From an uncultured Erysipelotrichaceae bacterium (GTDB taxonomy: Bacteria; Bacillota_I; Bacilli_A; RF39; UBA660): a DNA stretch of 64,000 nt. Shown here piece after piece: positions 34,472-43,094 of this stretch. The notes under the pieces were generated by a model. That model did no database searches, was not told the origin of the DNA, and saw only the letters and a program-made list of their open reading frames with translations. Every line of letters begins with the position of its first letter. Position 1 is the first letter of the stretch. A program made the translations under genes and the position numbers. The stretch is taken from positions 40,872 through 104,871 of the forward strand of contig CADCJS010000001.1 in assembly GCA_902801825.1 (NCBI GenBank), in the 5' to 3' direction.

Positions 34472-35407
34472 ATGGATGAAATATTTTTTTTATTACTCGC
34501 ATTTTTAACATCTATTTCAAGTATTAAGTTATCATATTATGGTGATGCTTTAAGTAAACAAAGTAAACTAGGTTCTGTATTAATTGGTGGATTATTAATC
34601 GCCTCTATTACTAGTTTACCTGAATTAATAACGTGTATTTCATCAGTTTTAATAAATAATCCTTCTTTATCTTTTGGTGATATTTTAGGTAGTAATATGT
34701 TTAATATATTTATATTATCAATTTTTAATATTTATTTTTTTAAAAAAAATATATTTAAGAATATAAAAAAAGAATATTTATTTGAAACATTTATATTGAT
34801 ATTAGAATATATATTTATAATTATAGGATGTACCCATAAATTTATGTCTTTAATAACATTATTATTATTTATAATATATTTTCTATATACTTTAGTTATT
34901 CTTTTTATTAAGAATAATAAAAACAAAGAAATTAGAACTTCTAAAGTAAAATATGTTTCATTAAAATTTATAGTGTGTTCTTTTTTATTAATTATTTTAA
35001 GTGTTTTACTAACTTTACAAGTTGATAAAATATCACACTTATATCCTAATTTTTCATCCTCATCTTTAGGTGCGATATTACTAGGAATAACAACAAGTTT
35101 ACCAGAGGTAGTAACTACTTTTGAATTATTTAGAATAAATAATGTTAATATGGCTATATCTAATATGCTTGGTAGTAATATTTTTAATTTTCTAGTACTG
35201 TCTTTAGCAGATATTTTTATTAAAAATGGACATGTATATTCTTATTCTGATAAATATAGTATGATGTATGTTTATGGAGGTTTAATAATAACTTTTTTCT
35301 TAAGTATTATTATTTTAAATAAATATAAAAATAAATTATTTTATTTGTTATTATCTTTGATAATGAGTTTAATTTATTTATTAGTTTGGTATTTTCAATT
35401 TGTTTAA
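34472..35407 (+). CDS. CaCA-family sodium/calcium exchanger membrane protein
   Basis: About 10 TM helices. Two alpha-repeat signatures: GDILGSNMFNI and SNMLGSNIFNF. Confidence 0.75.
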   Translation: MDEIFFLLLAFLTSISSIKLSYYGDALSKQSKLGSVLIGGLLIASITSLPELITCISSVLINNPSLSFGDILGSNMFNIFILSIFNIYFFKKNIFKNIKKEYLFETFILILEYIFIIIGCTHKFMSLITLLLFIIYFLYTLVILFIKNNKNKEIRTSKVKYVSLKFIVCSFLLIILSVLLTLQVDKISHLYPNFSSSSLGAILLGITTSLPEVVTTFELFRINNVNMAISNMLGSNIFNFLVLSLADIFIKNGHVYSYSDKYSMMYVYGGLIITFFLSIIILNKYKNKLFYLLLSLIMSLIYLLVWYFQFV

Positions 35408-35443
35408 AATATGTTAAAATATATTTTATTGGAGGAGATTTTA

Positions 35444-35659
35444 ATGGATGTAATTTTACTTATAATATCAATTCTATTAATAACTGTAGTTTTATTACAA
35501 AGTGATAAAGCAGAATCTGCCACTAATATTTTAATGGGCGCAAATTCAGAACTTTTTGCAAAAAGAAAAGAAAGAGGATTTGAATTATTTATTAGTAGAT
35601 TTACTTTAGTATTAGGTATATTATTTTTTGTAATATGTTTAGTTATGTCATTTATGTAA
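35444..35659 (+). CDS. secG: Preprotein translocase subunit SecG
   Basis: 71 aa, two TM helices, LLQS motif. ATG 5 nt after GGAGGAG. Sits upstream of rnr-smpB. Confidence 0.75.
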   Translation: MDVILLIISILLITVVLLQSDKAESATNILMGANSELFAKRKERGFELFISRFTLVLGILFFVICLVMSFM

Positions 35660-35711
35660 TAAAGACTTTTATTAAAAGTCTTTTTATTTTATAATATAAT
35701 TGGAGGAAGCT

Positions 35712-37847
35712 ATGAGAGAAAAGGTATTAGAATTATTTAAAAAAAGTGAAAAAGCTTTATCTTCTATAGAAGTGGGTAATTTGTTAAATTTAAATGAAGT
35801 TAATGAATTAACTAATTTACTTGAAGTATTAAATGAGTTAGAAGAAGAAAGTATTATTTATAGAACTAAAAAAGATAAATATATATTATTTGAAAAAAGT
35901 CATTTAAAAGTAGGAATTATATCTATAACAAAAAAAGGATATGGATTTGTATCTGTAAAAAATGAATCAGATGATATATATATAGAAGAATCAAATTTAA
36001 ATGGTGCTTTAAATAAAGATTTAGTTGCTATTGAAATATTAAAAAATACAACAAGATCTAATGAAGGAAAAGTAATTAAGGTTTTAAAGAAAAATACAAA
36101 ACTTATTATTGGTGAATTTATGATTAAAAATAATAAGCCATATTTTAAACCTGATGATGATAAATTAAATATTGAAGTTATTATAGATAAAGAAGATTTA
36201 AAAAATTTAGTGGATGGACATAAGATTCAAGTGTCTTTAGAAAAAGAATTATCAAAATATAAGTATATTGGTAAAGTTAATAGAATTATAGGTCATAAAA
36301 ATGATCCTGGAGTGGATATTTTATCAATAGTTTATAATTATGATATAAATGATAGATTTTCTGAAGAAGTTATGAATGAAGTCAATAATATTCCAGATAA
36401 GGTATCAGAAAGTGAAATAATTGGTAGAAAAGATTTAAGAAATGAAACTATTTTTACTATTGATGGTGATGATACTAAAGATATTGATGATGCTATTTCT
36501 ATTGAAAAAAATAATGACAACTATATTTTAGGTGTTCATATTGCTGATGTTTCTTATTATGTAAGAGAAAATACTAAGTTATATGAAGAAGCTAAAGATA
36601 GAGGAACTAGTGTTTATTTAGTAGATAGAGTTATACCTATGCTTCCACATAAATTAAGTAATGGTATTTGTTCTTTAAACCCAAATGAAGATAGATTAGC
36701 AATTACTTGTATGATGACAATTAATAAAAATGGTAAAGTTATTGATCATGATATTTTTGAAAGTGTTATTAAATCAAAAAAACAAATGACTTATAAAAAT
36801 GTAAATAAGATTTTAAATAATGAAGAAGTGCCTGAAGGATATGAAGAATTTGTAGACAAATTAAAATTAATGGAAGAATTATCTAATATTTTAAGAAAAG
36901 AAAAACTATCTAGAGGATTTTTAGAATTTGATTCAAGCGAAGCAAAAATATTAGTTGATGAAAAAGGTTTTCCTTATGAAATTAAAAAAAGAGAAGTAGG
37001 TAAAGGAGAAAATTTAATTGAAGACTTCATGATAGTCGCAAATGAAACAGTTGCGACTCATGTTTATTATTTACAATATCCATTTGTATATAGAATTCAT
37101 GAAGTACCAGATGATGAAAAAATACAAAACTTATTAAAACAAATAAGTTTATTAGGATATACAGTTAAGTCAAATAAACATTTTGAAAATCCATTAGAAT
37201 TAAAGAAGATTATAGATCAATTAAAAGATAAAAATGAATTCAATGTATTATCTATGCTTTTATTAAGATGTATGAAAAAAGCAGAATATAAAATGGAAAA
37301 TGTAGGTCATTATGGTTTAGGTTCTAAATGTTATACACATTTCACTTCACCAATAAGAAGATTTCCAGATACTACTGTACATACTTTATTAAGAAAATAT
37401 ATATTTAATAAACCTTCTGTGAAAGAATTAAATAAAATAATTGATAATAGTATTATAACTTTACCTGAAATATGTGCTCATTCTTCAAAAAAAGAAAGAG
37501 ATAGCATTGATTGTGAAAGAGATGTAGAAAATATGAAAATGGCTGAATATATGGAAAATCATATAGGTAAAGAATATGAAGGAATAATTGATAGTATTAT
37601 GAGTTTTGGTATGTTTATACAATTAGACAATTTAATAGAAGGTTTAGTACATGTAAAAGATTTAAAGGGAGACTTCTTTAATTATAATGAAGAAACAAAT
37701 TCCTTAATAGGACAAAGAACACATAAAATATATAAACTTGGTGATAGAGTAAAGGTTAAAGTAATATCTGCTAGTAAAGAAAATAGTACAATTGATTTTG
37801 AAATAATTGAAGATAAAAAAGGTGATGAAAATGGAAATACTAAATAG
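35712..37847 (+). CDS. rnr: Ribonuclease R
   Basis: RNB domain (TIDGDDTKDIDDA, HYGL...YTHFTSPIRRFPD) and a C-terminal S1 domain. Confidence 0.95.
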   Translation: MREKVLELFKKSEKALSSIEVGNLLNLNEVNELTNLLEVLNELEEESIIYRTKKDKYILFEKSHLKVGIISITKKGYGFVSVKNESDDIYIEESNLNGALNKDLVAIEILKNTTRSNEGKVIKVLKKNTKLIIGEFMIKNNKPYFKPDDDKLNIEVIIDKEDLKNLVDGHKIQVSLEKELSKYKYIGKVNRIIGHKNDPGVDILSIVYNYDINDRFSEEVMNEVNNIPDKVSESEIIGRKDLRNETIFTIDGDDTKDIDDAISIEKNNDNYILGVHIADVSYYVRENTKLYEEAKDRGTSVYLVDRVIPMLPHKLSNGICSLNPNEDRLAITCMMTINKNGKVIDHDIFESVIKSKKQMTYKNVNKILNNEEVPEGYEEFVDKLKLMEELSNILRKEKLSRGFLEFDSSEAKILVDEKGFPYEIKKREVGKGENLIEDFMIVANETVATHVYYLQYPFVYRIHEVPDDEKIQNLLKQISLLGYTVKSNKHFENPLELKKIIDQLKDKNEFNVLSMLLLRCMKKAEYKMENVGHYGLGSKCYTHFTSPIRRFPDTTVHTLLRKYIFNKPSVKELNKIIDNSIITLPEICAHSSKKERDSIDCERDVENMKMAEYMENHIGKEYEGIIDSIMSFGMFIQLDNLIEGLVHVKDLKGDFFNYNEETNSLIGQRTHKIYKLGDRVKVKVISASKENSTIDFEIIEDKKGDENGNTK

Positions 37848-38268
37848 AAAAGCAAGATATGATTACGAAATATTTGAAAAATATATCGCTGGTATTGTAT
37901 TAACAGGTACTGAGATAAAATCTATTAGAGAAGGAAAATGCAATCTTAAAGATAGTTATATTATTATTAATAATAATGAAGCATTTGTATTAAATATGCA
38001 TATATCTAATTATGAAAAAGGAAGTTTTAATAATTTAGATGAAAAAAGAACAAGAAAATTATTATTAAATAAAAAAGAAATATTAAAAATAAATGAAAAA
38101 ATAAAAGTAAAAGGATATACAATTATTCCTTTAAAATTATTTTTACAAAATTCTAAAGCAAAATTAGAAATAGGTATTTGTAAAGGTAAACATACTTATG
38201 ATAAAAGAGAAACAATTAAAGAAAGAGATATTAAAAGAGATGTAAACAAACAATTTAAATATTTATAA
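37831..38268 (+). CDS. smpB: SsrA-binding protein SmpB
   Basis: NRKARYDYEI and GTEIKS motifs. Overlaps the rnr 3' end. Start chosen at the ATG after AAGGTGA. Confidence 0.92.
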   Translation: MEILNRKARYDYEIFEKYIAGIVLTGTEIKSIREGKCNLKDSYIIINNNEAFVLNMHISNYEKGSFNNLDEKRTRKLLLNKKEILKINEKIKVKGYTIIPLKLFLQNSKAKLEIGICKGKHTYDKRETIKERDIKRDVNKQFKYL

Positions 38269-38319
38269 TTATTGATATAAAAATACTAATATGATATTAT
38301 AAAGATAATAGGAGGCACT

Positions 38320-38787
38320 ATGAAGAAGATTAATAAGTCCTTAATCCTATTATTTTTATTTATGATTTTTTTAACAACTGGATGTAAAAAAAAGGATAAT
38401 GTAACAGCAGATCAATTTAAAAAATATATGGAAAAAAAAGGTTATGTTATAGTTAATAAAAAAGATAATATATATAATAATAAATATTTTAATAATGTAT
38501 ATTATGCTGTGGAAAAAGAAGAAAAATATACTATCCAATTTTTTGAATTAAAAGATGAAGCTTCTTCAAAAGTTTTTTATAATAACTTAAAAAAAGATAT
38601 ATCTACTTCAAAAGTAAATAAATATAAGGAAAATTCAAAATCAATAAGTAATTATTCATATTATGAATTAAGTTATAATAATAATTATAAAAAAGTATCT
38701 AGGATAAATAATACTATTATATATATTAATACAGATATTGCATATTCAAATATAATTAATAGGCAATTAAAAAATTTAGAATTTTAA
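38320..38787 (+). CDS. Putative lipoprotein
   Basis: Signal peptide ending in lipobox LTTGC. SD GGAGG upstream. Confidence 0.65.
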   Translation: MKKINKSLILLFLFMIFLTTGCKKKDNVTADQFKKYMEKKGYVIVNKKDNIYNNKYFNNVYYAVEKEEKYTIQFFELKDEASSKVFYNNLKKDISTSKVNKYKENSKSISNYSYYELSYNNNYKKVSRINNTIIYINTDIAYSNIINRQLKNLEF

Positions 38788-38814
38788 AAAAAGAAATCTT
38801 ACGATTTCTTTTTT

Positions 38815-39429
38815 TTATTTAGTTATTTTTATTTTCTTAAGTGTTCCACTTTCAATTAACCTTTGGTAAGTACGATCATTTTCTGATTCATTAACACCGC
38901 CAGCATAAGAAGAAAATAAACTTTCTCTAGCTTTTCTTAACTGTTCTAAAGATTTTTTACTTTTCTTTTTATTATTAATTATTTCAAAATTTAAACATTG
39001 TGGAATAACAAATTTATGTAAGTTTAAGTATTTTTCTCCAGTTTCAGCATCTTTCTCATAGCTAAATAGTAGTAAAGCATCTGGCATAAACTTATAATAT
39101 TCTAGAGCTTTTTTATTATAATCTGCGATTTTTTGACATTTAGATGGATAAGCATTACTACAGTTATTACATTTATTATTATCTTTAGGATTTTTGTATA
39201 ATTCTACAATAGTTTCATATTCTTCTTTAGTAGCCTTTCTATATGTATCATTTTCTCTTATAGAAACTGCATATTCCTCATTAAGAATTTTTACATCTTT
39301 TAATCCTTTTTTGTCATAATAAGTTTTTTCCATAGTAATATAAACATCTAATTTAATATTTAATACATTAAAATTATGTTTATATTGTCCAAAATAACTT
39401 TTTTTCTTATTTTGCATTTTTGTTATCAT
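38815..39429 (-). CDS. Hypothetical protein with CxxC...C...C cysteine cluster
   Basis: 204-codon ORF with SD AAGGAG 8 nt upstream of the ATG. Cysteines fall in KCNNCSNAYPSKC...PQC. No family recognised. Confidence 0.55.
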   Translation of the reverse strand: MITKMQNKKKSYFGQYKHNFNVLNIKLDVYITMEKTYYDKKGLKDVKILNEEYAVSIRENDTYRKATKEEYETIVELYKNPKDNNKCNNCSNAYPSKCQKIADYNKKALEYYKFMPDALLLFSYEKDAETGEKYLNLHKFVIPQCLNFEIINNKKKSKKSLEQLRKARESLFSSYAGGVNESENDRTYQRLIESGTLKKIKITK

Positions 39430-39519
39430 ATAAAATTCTCCTTTTTTTTAAAGTAATAATATTATAATTATTTTTTATAATTTGTCAATTTTTTTGATAC
39501 ATTTTGAAATAAGGGAAAT

Positions 39520-39548
39520 TTGACATAAATAAAAAACTTTTATATAAT
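39520..39548 (+). promoter_or_regulatory. Consensus sigma-A promoter of ssrA
   Basis: TTGACA, 17 nt, TATAAT. The -10 ends 8 nt before the GGGG 5' end of tmRNA. Confidence 0.8.
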
Positions 39549-39556
39549 TTTTTTAT

Positions 39557-39933
39557 GGGGCTATATTGGTTTTGACAATTATATGAAGTTTATAGCTGCA
39601 AGCCGGAGGAACACGTTACGAACAAAAAACAATAAATGCAAACAATTTAAAAACTGCATTTGCTTCATTATTCAGAAGTAATAGTGTAGCTTTAGCCTAG
39701 TTTAAGGTAAATGCAACTTTCTTTTATTCTTTTCCACGTGAATAAATAGAAGGGTCATTTTTAGTGGAATATATTATTATTTTGTCTAAGAATAATAACG
39801 AATATTATTAGACTTACTAATCCTTATGATTGTTAGTTATTTAACGATTAGGAAAATCTTTAACTAACTAAGCTTGTAGACGCTATCTATGAATTATGAT
39901 TGGACAGGGGTTCAACTCCCCTTAGCTCCACCA
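39557..39933 (+). ncRNA. ssrA: Transfer-messenger RNA (tmRNA, SsrA)
   Basis: The 5' GGGGCT pairs with the 3' ...AGCTCCACCA acceptor end. T-arm GGGGTTCAACTCCCC. The internal tag frame ends ...AGT GTA GCT TTA GCC TAG (39698-39700), giving a C-terminal ...NSVALA tag. The candidate resume codon is GCA at 39638, and this is uncertain. Located next to smpB. Confidence 0.92.
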
Positions 39934-39947
39934 ATAATATTAATCAG

Positions 39948-39978
39948 AACCCAACATATATTATTGTGTAGGGTTTTT
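39948..39978 (+). terminator. Intrinsic terminator after ssrA
   Basis: AACCCAACA...TGTGTAGGGTT hairpin followed by T5. Confidence 0.6.
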
Positions 39979-40068
39979 AATTCTCTAAAAAATATAAGGA
40001 GGAATTATGGAAAATAATAATTGCCAATAATAATTCTTTATGTTAATATTATATAAACGAGGTGTAAT

Positions 40069-40302
40069 ATGGATAATTTAAAAAAATTTGATTATTTAAA
40101 TAATTCAAGTATAGAAGATTTAAAAGCATTAAAAGAAAGAGTTTTAAATGAATATAATGAAGATATTGAAAAATCTGAGAATAAGAATGAATCTAGTGTA
40201 TTAAGGAGTGAACTTAAGAATAGTGATATTCCATTTAATAGAGAATATTTAGAAGCAATAGATTCTTATATTGAAATTAAAAAAAATAAACAATTCAAAT
40301 AA
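40069..40302 (+). CDS. Hypothetical small acidic protein
   Basis: 77 codons with SD GAGGTG upstream. Followed by a 13-bp perfect hairpin terminator (AAATAAACAATTC/GAATTGTTTATTT). Confidence 0.45.
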   Translation: MDNLKKFDYLNNSSIEDLKALKERVLNEYNEDIEKSENKNESSVLRSELKNSDIPFNREYLEAIDSYIEIKKNKQFK

Positions 40303-40357
40303 GAATTGTTTATTTATTTTATTATAAAAAAGAACACAAGGAAAGGTTATAAAGAAT

Positions 40358-41461
40358 ATGAGAATAACAAAGGTATTATTATTTTTAATTTTATTATTAT
40401 TTTCTAATAAAGTGTATGCTTTAGATATAAATATTCAGTCAAAAAATGCAGTTTTATATAATTTAACAACTAATGAGATATTATATGAGAAGAATAAAGA
40501 TGAAAAAGTAAGTGTTGCTAGTTTACAAAAAATAATGACTGTAATTGTAGCTATAGAGAAAATAGATGATTATTCTAAAAAAGTAATAATTAAACAAGAT
40601 GATTTTAAAGATTTAGATAGTGATTTAGCAGTTATTGGATTTAAAGATAATGAAGAATTAACTTATGATGATTTATTATATGGTACTATTTTAAAATCAG
40701 GTGCTGATGCAGCATATAAACTGGCATTATCGATAAGTGGTAGTGAGGAAGAGTATGTTAAGTTAATGAATGAAAAAGCCCTTAAAATAGGCTTGAGAAA
40801 CACTAATTTTAAGAATGTAATAGGTTTAGATCAAGAAAATCAATATTCCAGTGCTAATGACATGTATATATTATTAAAATATGCATTAATGAATAATAAA
40901 TTTAAGGAAGTATTTACTAAAAGTTCTTACACAACATCAGATTCTATGTTTTCATTTAATGGACCAAAAGTAAAAGCAAAAAAATTAGATTTAAATTATT
41001 TTAATGGTGGAAAAACTGGTTATACAAATAATGCTGGTTTATGTTTAGCTTCTTATTCTTTATTTAATTCTAATGCATTTATTCTTATTACCTTAGGTGC
41101 ACCTTCTGAAAGTAAAAATCAAAATTATTTAGATCAAAAAGAAATATATGACTATTTTAAAAATAATTATTCAAATAAATTAATATTAAAAAAGAATACT
41201 TATATTACAGATATAAAATATTATAATAAGAAAATTAAAATATATTCGGATAAAAATGTTTACTTATTTTTAAATAATTATATAACAAATGATGATATTT
41301 ATATCAAATATAAAGGAAAAACTAAAGTAAATAGAAAGACTAATTTTAATAATAAAGTAGGTACTTATTATGTTATGAATAATAAAAAAATATTATATAA
41401 AAAAGATATATATTTAAAGAAAAAGAAAAGTAAATTTAATATTTTTAAATTAATAAAATAA
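40358..41461 (+). CDS. D-alanyl-D-alanine carboxypeptidase (peptidase S11, low-molecular-weight PBP)
   Basis: Signal peptide, SxxK (SLQK), SGAD (SxN-like) and KTG (GGKTGYT) motifs. Confidence 0.8.
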   Translation: MRITKVLLFLILLLFSNKVYALDINIQSKNAVLYNLTTNEILYEKNKDEKVSVASLQKIMTVIVAIEKIDDYSKKVIIKQDDFKDLDSDLAVIGFKDNEELTYDDLLYGTILKSGADAAYKLALSISGSEEEYVKLMNEKALKIGLRNTNFKNVIGLDQENQYSSANDMYILLKYALMNNKFKEVFTKSSYTTSDSMFSFNGPKVKAKKLDLNYFNGGKTGYTNNAGLCLASYSLFNSNAFILITLGAPSESKNQNYLDQKEIYDYFKNNYSNKLILKKNTYITDIKYYNKKIKIYSDKNVYLFLNNYITNDDIYIKYKGKTKVNRKTNFNNKVGTYYVMNNKKILYKKDIYLKKKKSKFNIFKLIK

Positions 41462-41823
41462 ATTATATTGTATTATTATATAAGGCTGTAATTATATGAT
41501 TATTTCAAAAGAAGAACTTAAATAATTTGAGAATAACTATGAATGATATAAAAAAGCTGATGAAGGTTATAGAATTGTATATTTTTACGAAGATGGAAAT
41601 TATTATGTGGGTGCCTACTAAAAAAAATATAGAAGGTTTTATGATTGAATTTTCAAAAACAGAACCTATTGAAGATGACACTGATATACCAAAATTTATA
41701 TCAATTGCTGATTTATTAGAAAGATATTTAAAAGATTTACCTAATAAATGTAGAAGTAGCAATATATAAAACTTATGGTACAATCATTGAATCAAAAAGA
41801 AGAGATAATAATTATTTAGAATA

Positions 41824-41856
41824 AAAAACTTCAAGACTTATTTTCTTGAAGTTTTT
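41824..41856. terminator. Intrinsic terminator closing the minus-strand adhesin operon
   Basis: AAAAACTTCAAGA-N7-TCTTGAAGTTTTT. The stem includes the last codons of the 41838 gene and has T-runs on both strands. Confidence 0.7.
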
Positions 41857-42497
41857 TTATTAACTCTTTGTTTATAATATAAAATAATAAATGTTAATGT
41901 AGATATTATTAATAATCCAACGTATAAATATATATTATCACCAGTTTTAGGTTGAATTAATTGTACTTCATTTTTTTCTACAATTACTTCATCTTTATCA
42001 TATTGTGAATAGAATTCAAAATCTATATAAGAATTAGTTGTATTATTATAATTATCATAACTTGCATCTAAGTATGTTTCAACTTTCATATTACTAATTT
42101 GATTTGGTTTGATATCTAATAATTTAATCGCATTTTTTAAATTAACATCTTCATAATTATTACCTTTAATATTTCCACTATATATTAATTCATTATCTAG
42201 ATATATATTCATATCGATATAATTTAAAAAACTATCTGCTTCTTCACTTTGTTGTCTTTCTTTTATTTTAAAATATAATGTATAAGTTTTTTTAGAAGAA
42301 TTTTCTAATATTAATTTATCAGTATATATTTCTCCAGGAAGCATATCTGTATGATTCATAAATAATTCTTCATCAAAACTTTTACTATCATAATATAACT
42401 TATCATTATCTTCTATAAAATATAATCTATTATCTTTTGCATATACATTACTAATAGATATAAAAAGAATTCCTATTAATAGTAATATTTTTTTCAT
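41838..42497 (-). CDS. TasA/camelysin-like secreted protein with C-terminal sortase-type sorting signal
   Basis: Signal peptide (ISNVYA/KD). TasA-like core motif MLPGEIYTDKLILENSSKKTYTLYF. The C-terminus has QPKTGD, a 20-residue hydrophobic stretch and a KQRVNKKTSRK tail. The ATG overlaps the upstream stop (TAATG). Confidence 0.6.
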   Translation of the reverse strand: MKKILLLIGILFISISNVYAKDNRLYFIEDNDKLYYDSKSFDEELFMNHTDMLPGEIYTDKLILENSSKKTYTLYFKIKERQQSEEADSFLNYIDMNIYLDNELIYSGNIKGNNYEDVNLKNAIKLLDIKPNQISNMKVETYLDASYDNYNNTTNSYIDFEFYSQYDKDEVIVEKNEVQLIQPKTGDNIYLYVGLLIISTLTFIILYYKQRVNKKTSRK

Positions 42498-43093
42498 TAT
42501 ATACCTTCTTCCCAATCTACATTATCATTATTTATTGTTATATCTTTATCCCATATTTCTTTAACAGCATTTTTAGTTGCTTGTATGGATTCAAAATTAA
42601 ATGATAAATTATAATCATATGATTTATATTCTTGATAATATGGACTAGTTAATATTAAATTTTCATTGAGACTAATGCTTTCTAGAATTTGTACTTTTTC
42701 AGTTGGTTTTAATATTTTTTTATAATAGTACCAACCATCATTCCCTTTTTCAAAATCATTTAAGAAATCATCTGTCCACACTTTATCAACAACATTTTGA
42801 TTATTAACAATGTTACTTAATGTTAATCTTTCATTATCCACAGTTTTACTAAAACTTTCATCATAATTAATTCTTAATACAACATTTGCATTACCTGTTT
42901 CATTATTTGCAATCCAGACTTTCTTAGTACCAAATTCATCATAAAACTCTTCTTCTAATACAACATTATAAGTAGCAGCTTTAAATTTATTTGGAATAAT
43001 ATAATTAGTTTGATAAAAAGAATATACTTTTTGCATTGAGAATATTATAAAAGGGATAATTAAAATAATTGAAAATTTCCTTACTTTATTCAT
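42497..43093 (-). CDS. TasA/CalY-class secreted protein with SipW-cognate-type signal peptide
   Basis: The N-terminus KVRKFSIILIIPFIIFSMQKVYSFYQTNYIIPNKFKAATYNVVLEEEF resembles the A-Y-F-T-D...N-x-F...L-x-E signal and mature-end pattern of SipW substrates (from memory). The ATG lies 9 nt after AAGGAG and 1 nt after the upstream stop. Confidence 0.5.
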   Translation of the reverse strand: MNKVRKFSIILIIPFIIFSMQKVYSFYQTNYIIPNKFKAATYNVVLEEEFYDEFGTKKVWIANNETGNANVVLRINYDESFSKTVDNERLTLSNIVNNQNVVDKVWTDDFLNDFEKGNDGWYYYKKILKPTEKVQILESISLNENLILTSPYYQEYKSYDYNLSFNFESIQATKNAVKEIWDKDITINNDNVDWEEGI

Positions 43094-43094
43094 T

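Noticed and set aside
39730-39745. A parS-like sequence, TTTTCCACGTGAATAA, matching 13 of 16 positions of TGTTCCACGTGAAACA.
   Set aside because: It lies inside the tmRNA gene and has three mismatches, including one in the conserved outer arm. I found no better parS match in or near spo0J or noc by eye. It is probably a coincidence of the CACGTG core.
40007-40030. A 7-codon mini-ORF (MENNNCQ) with a strong SD AAGGAGG just downstream of the ssrA terminator.
   Set aside because: It is too short to evaluate and has no associated attenuator structure that I could find. It may be a chance SD-ATG combination.
41505-41783. A mutually overlapping ORF pair (minus 92 codons; plus 80 codons at 41527-41769) between the carboxypeptidase gene and the adhesin operon.
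   Set aside because: The minus ORF starts at TTG, is Phe/Ile-rich and looks like a shadow frame. The plus ORF (from ATG 41539) has protein-like composition but no SD and no recognisable family. It may be a gene remnant. Neither is supported well enough to annotate.
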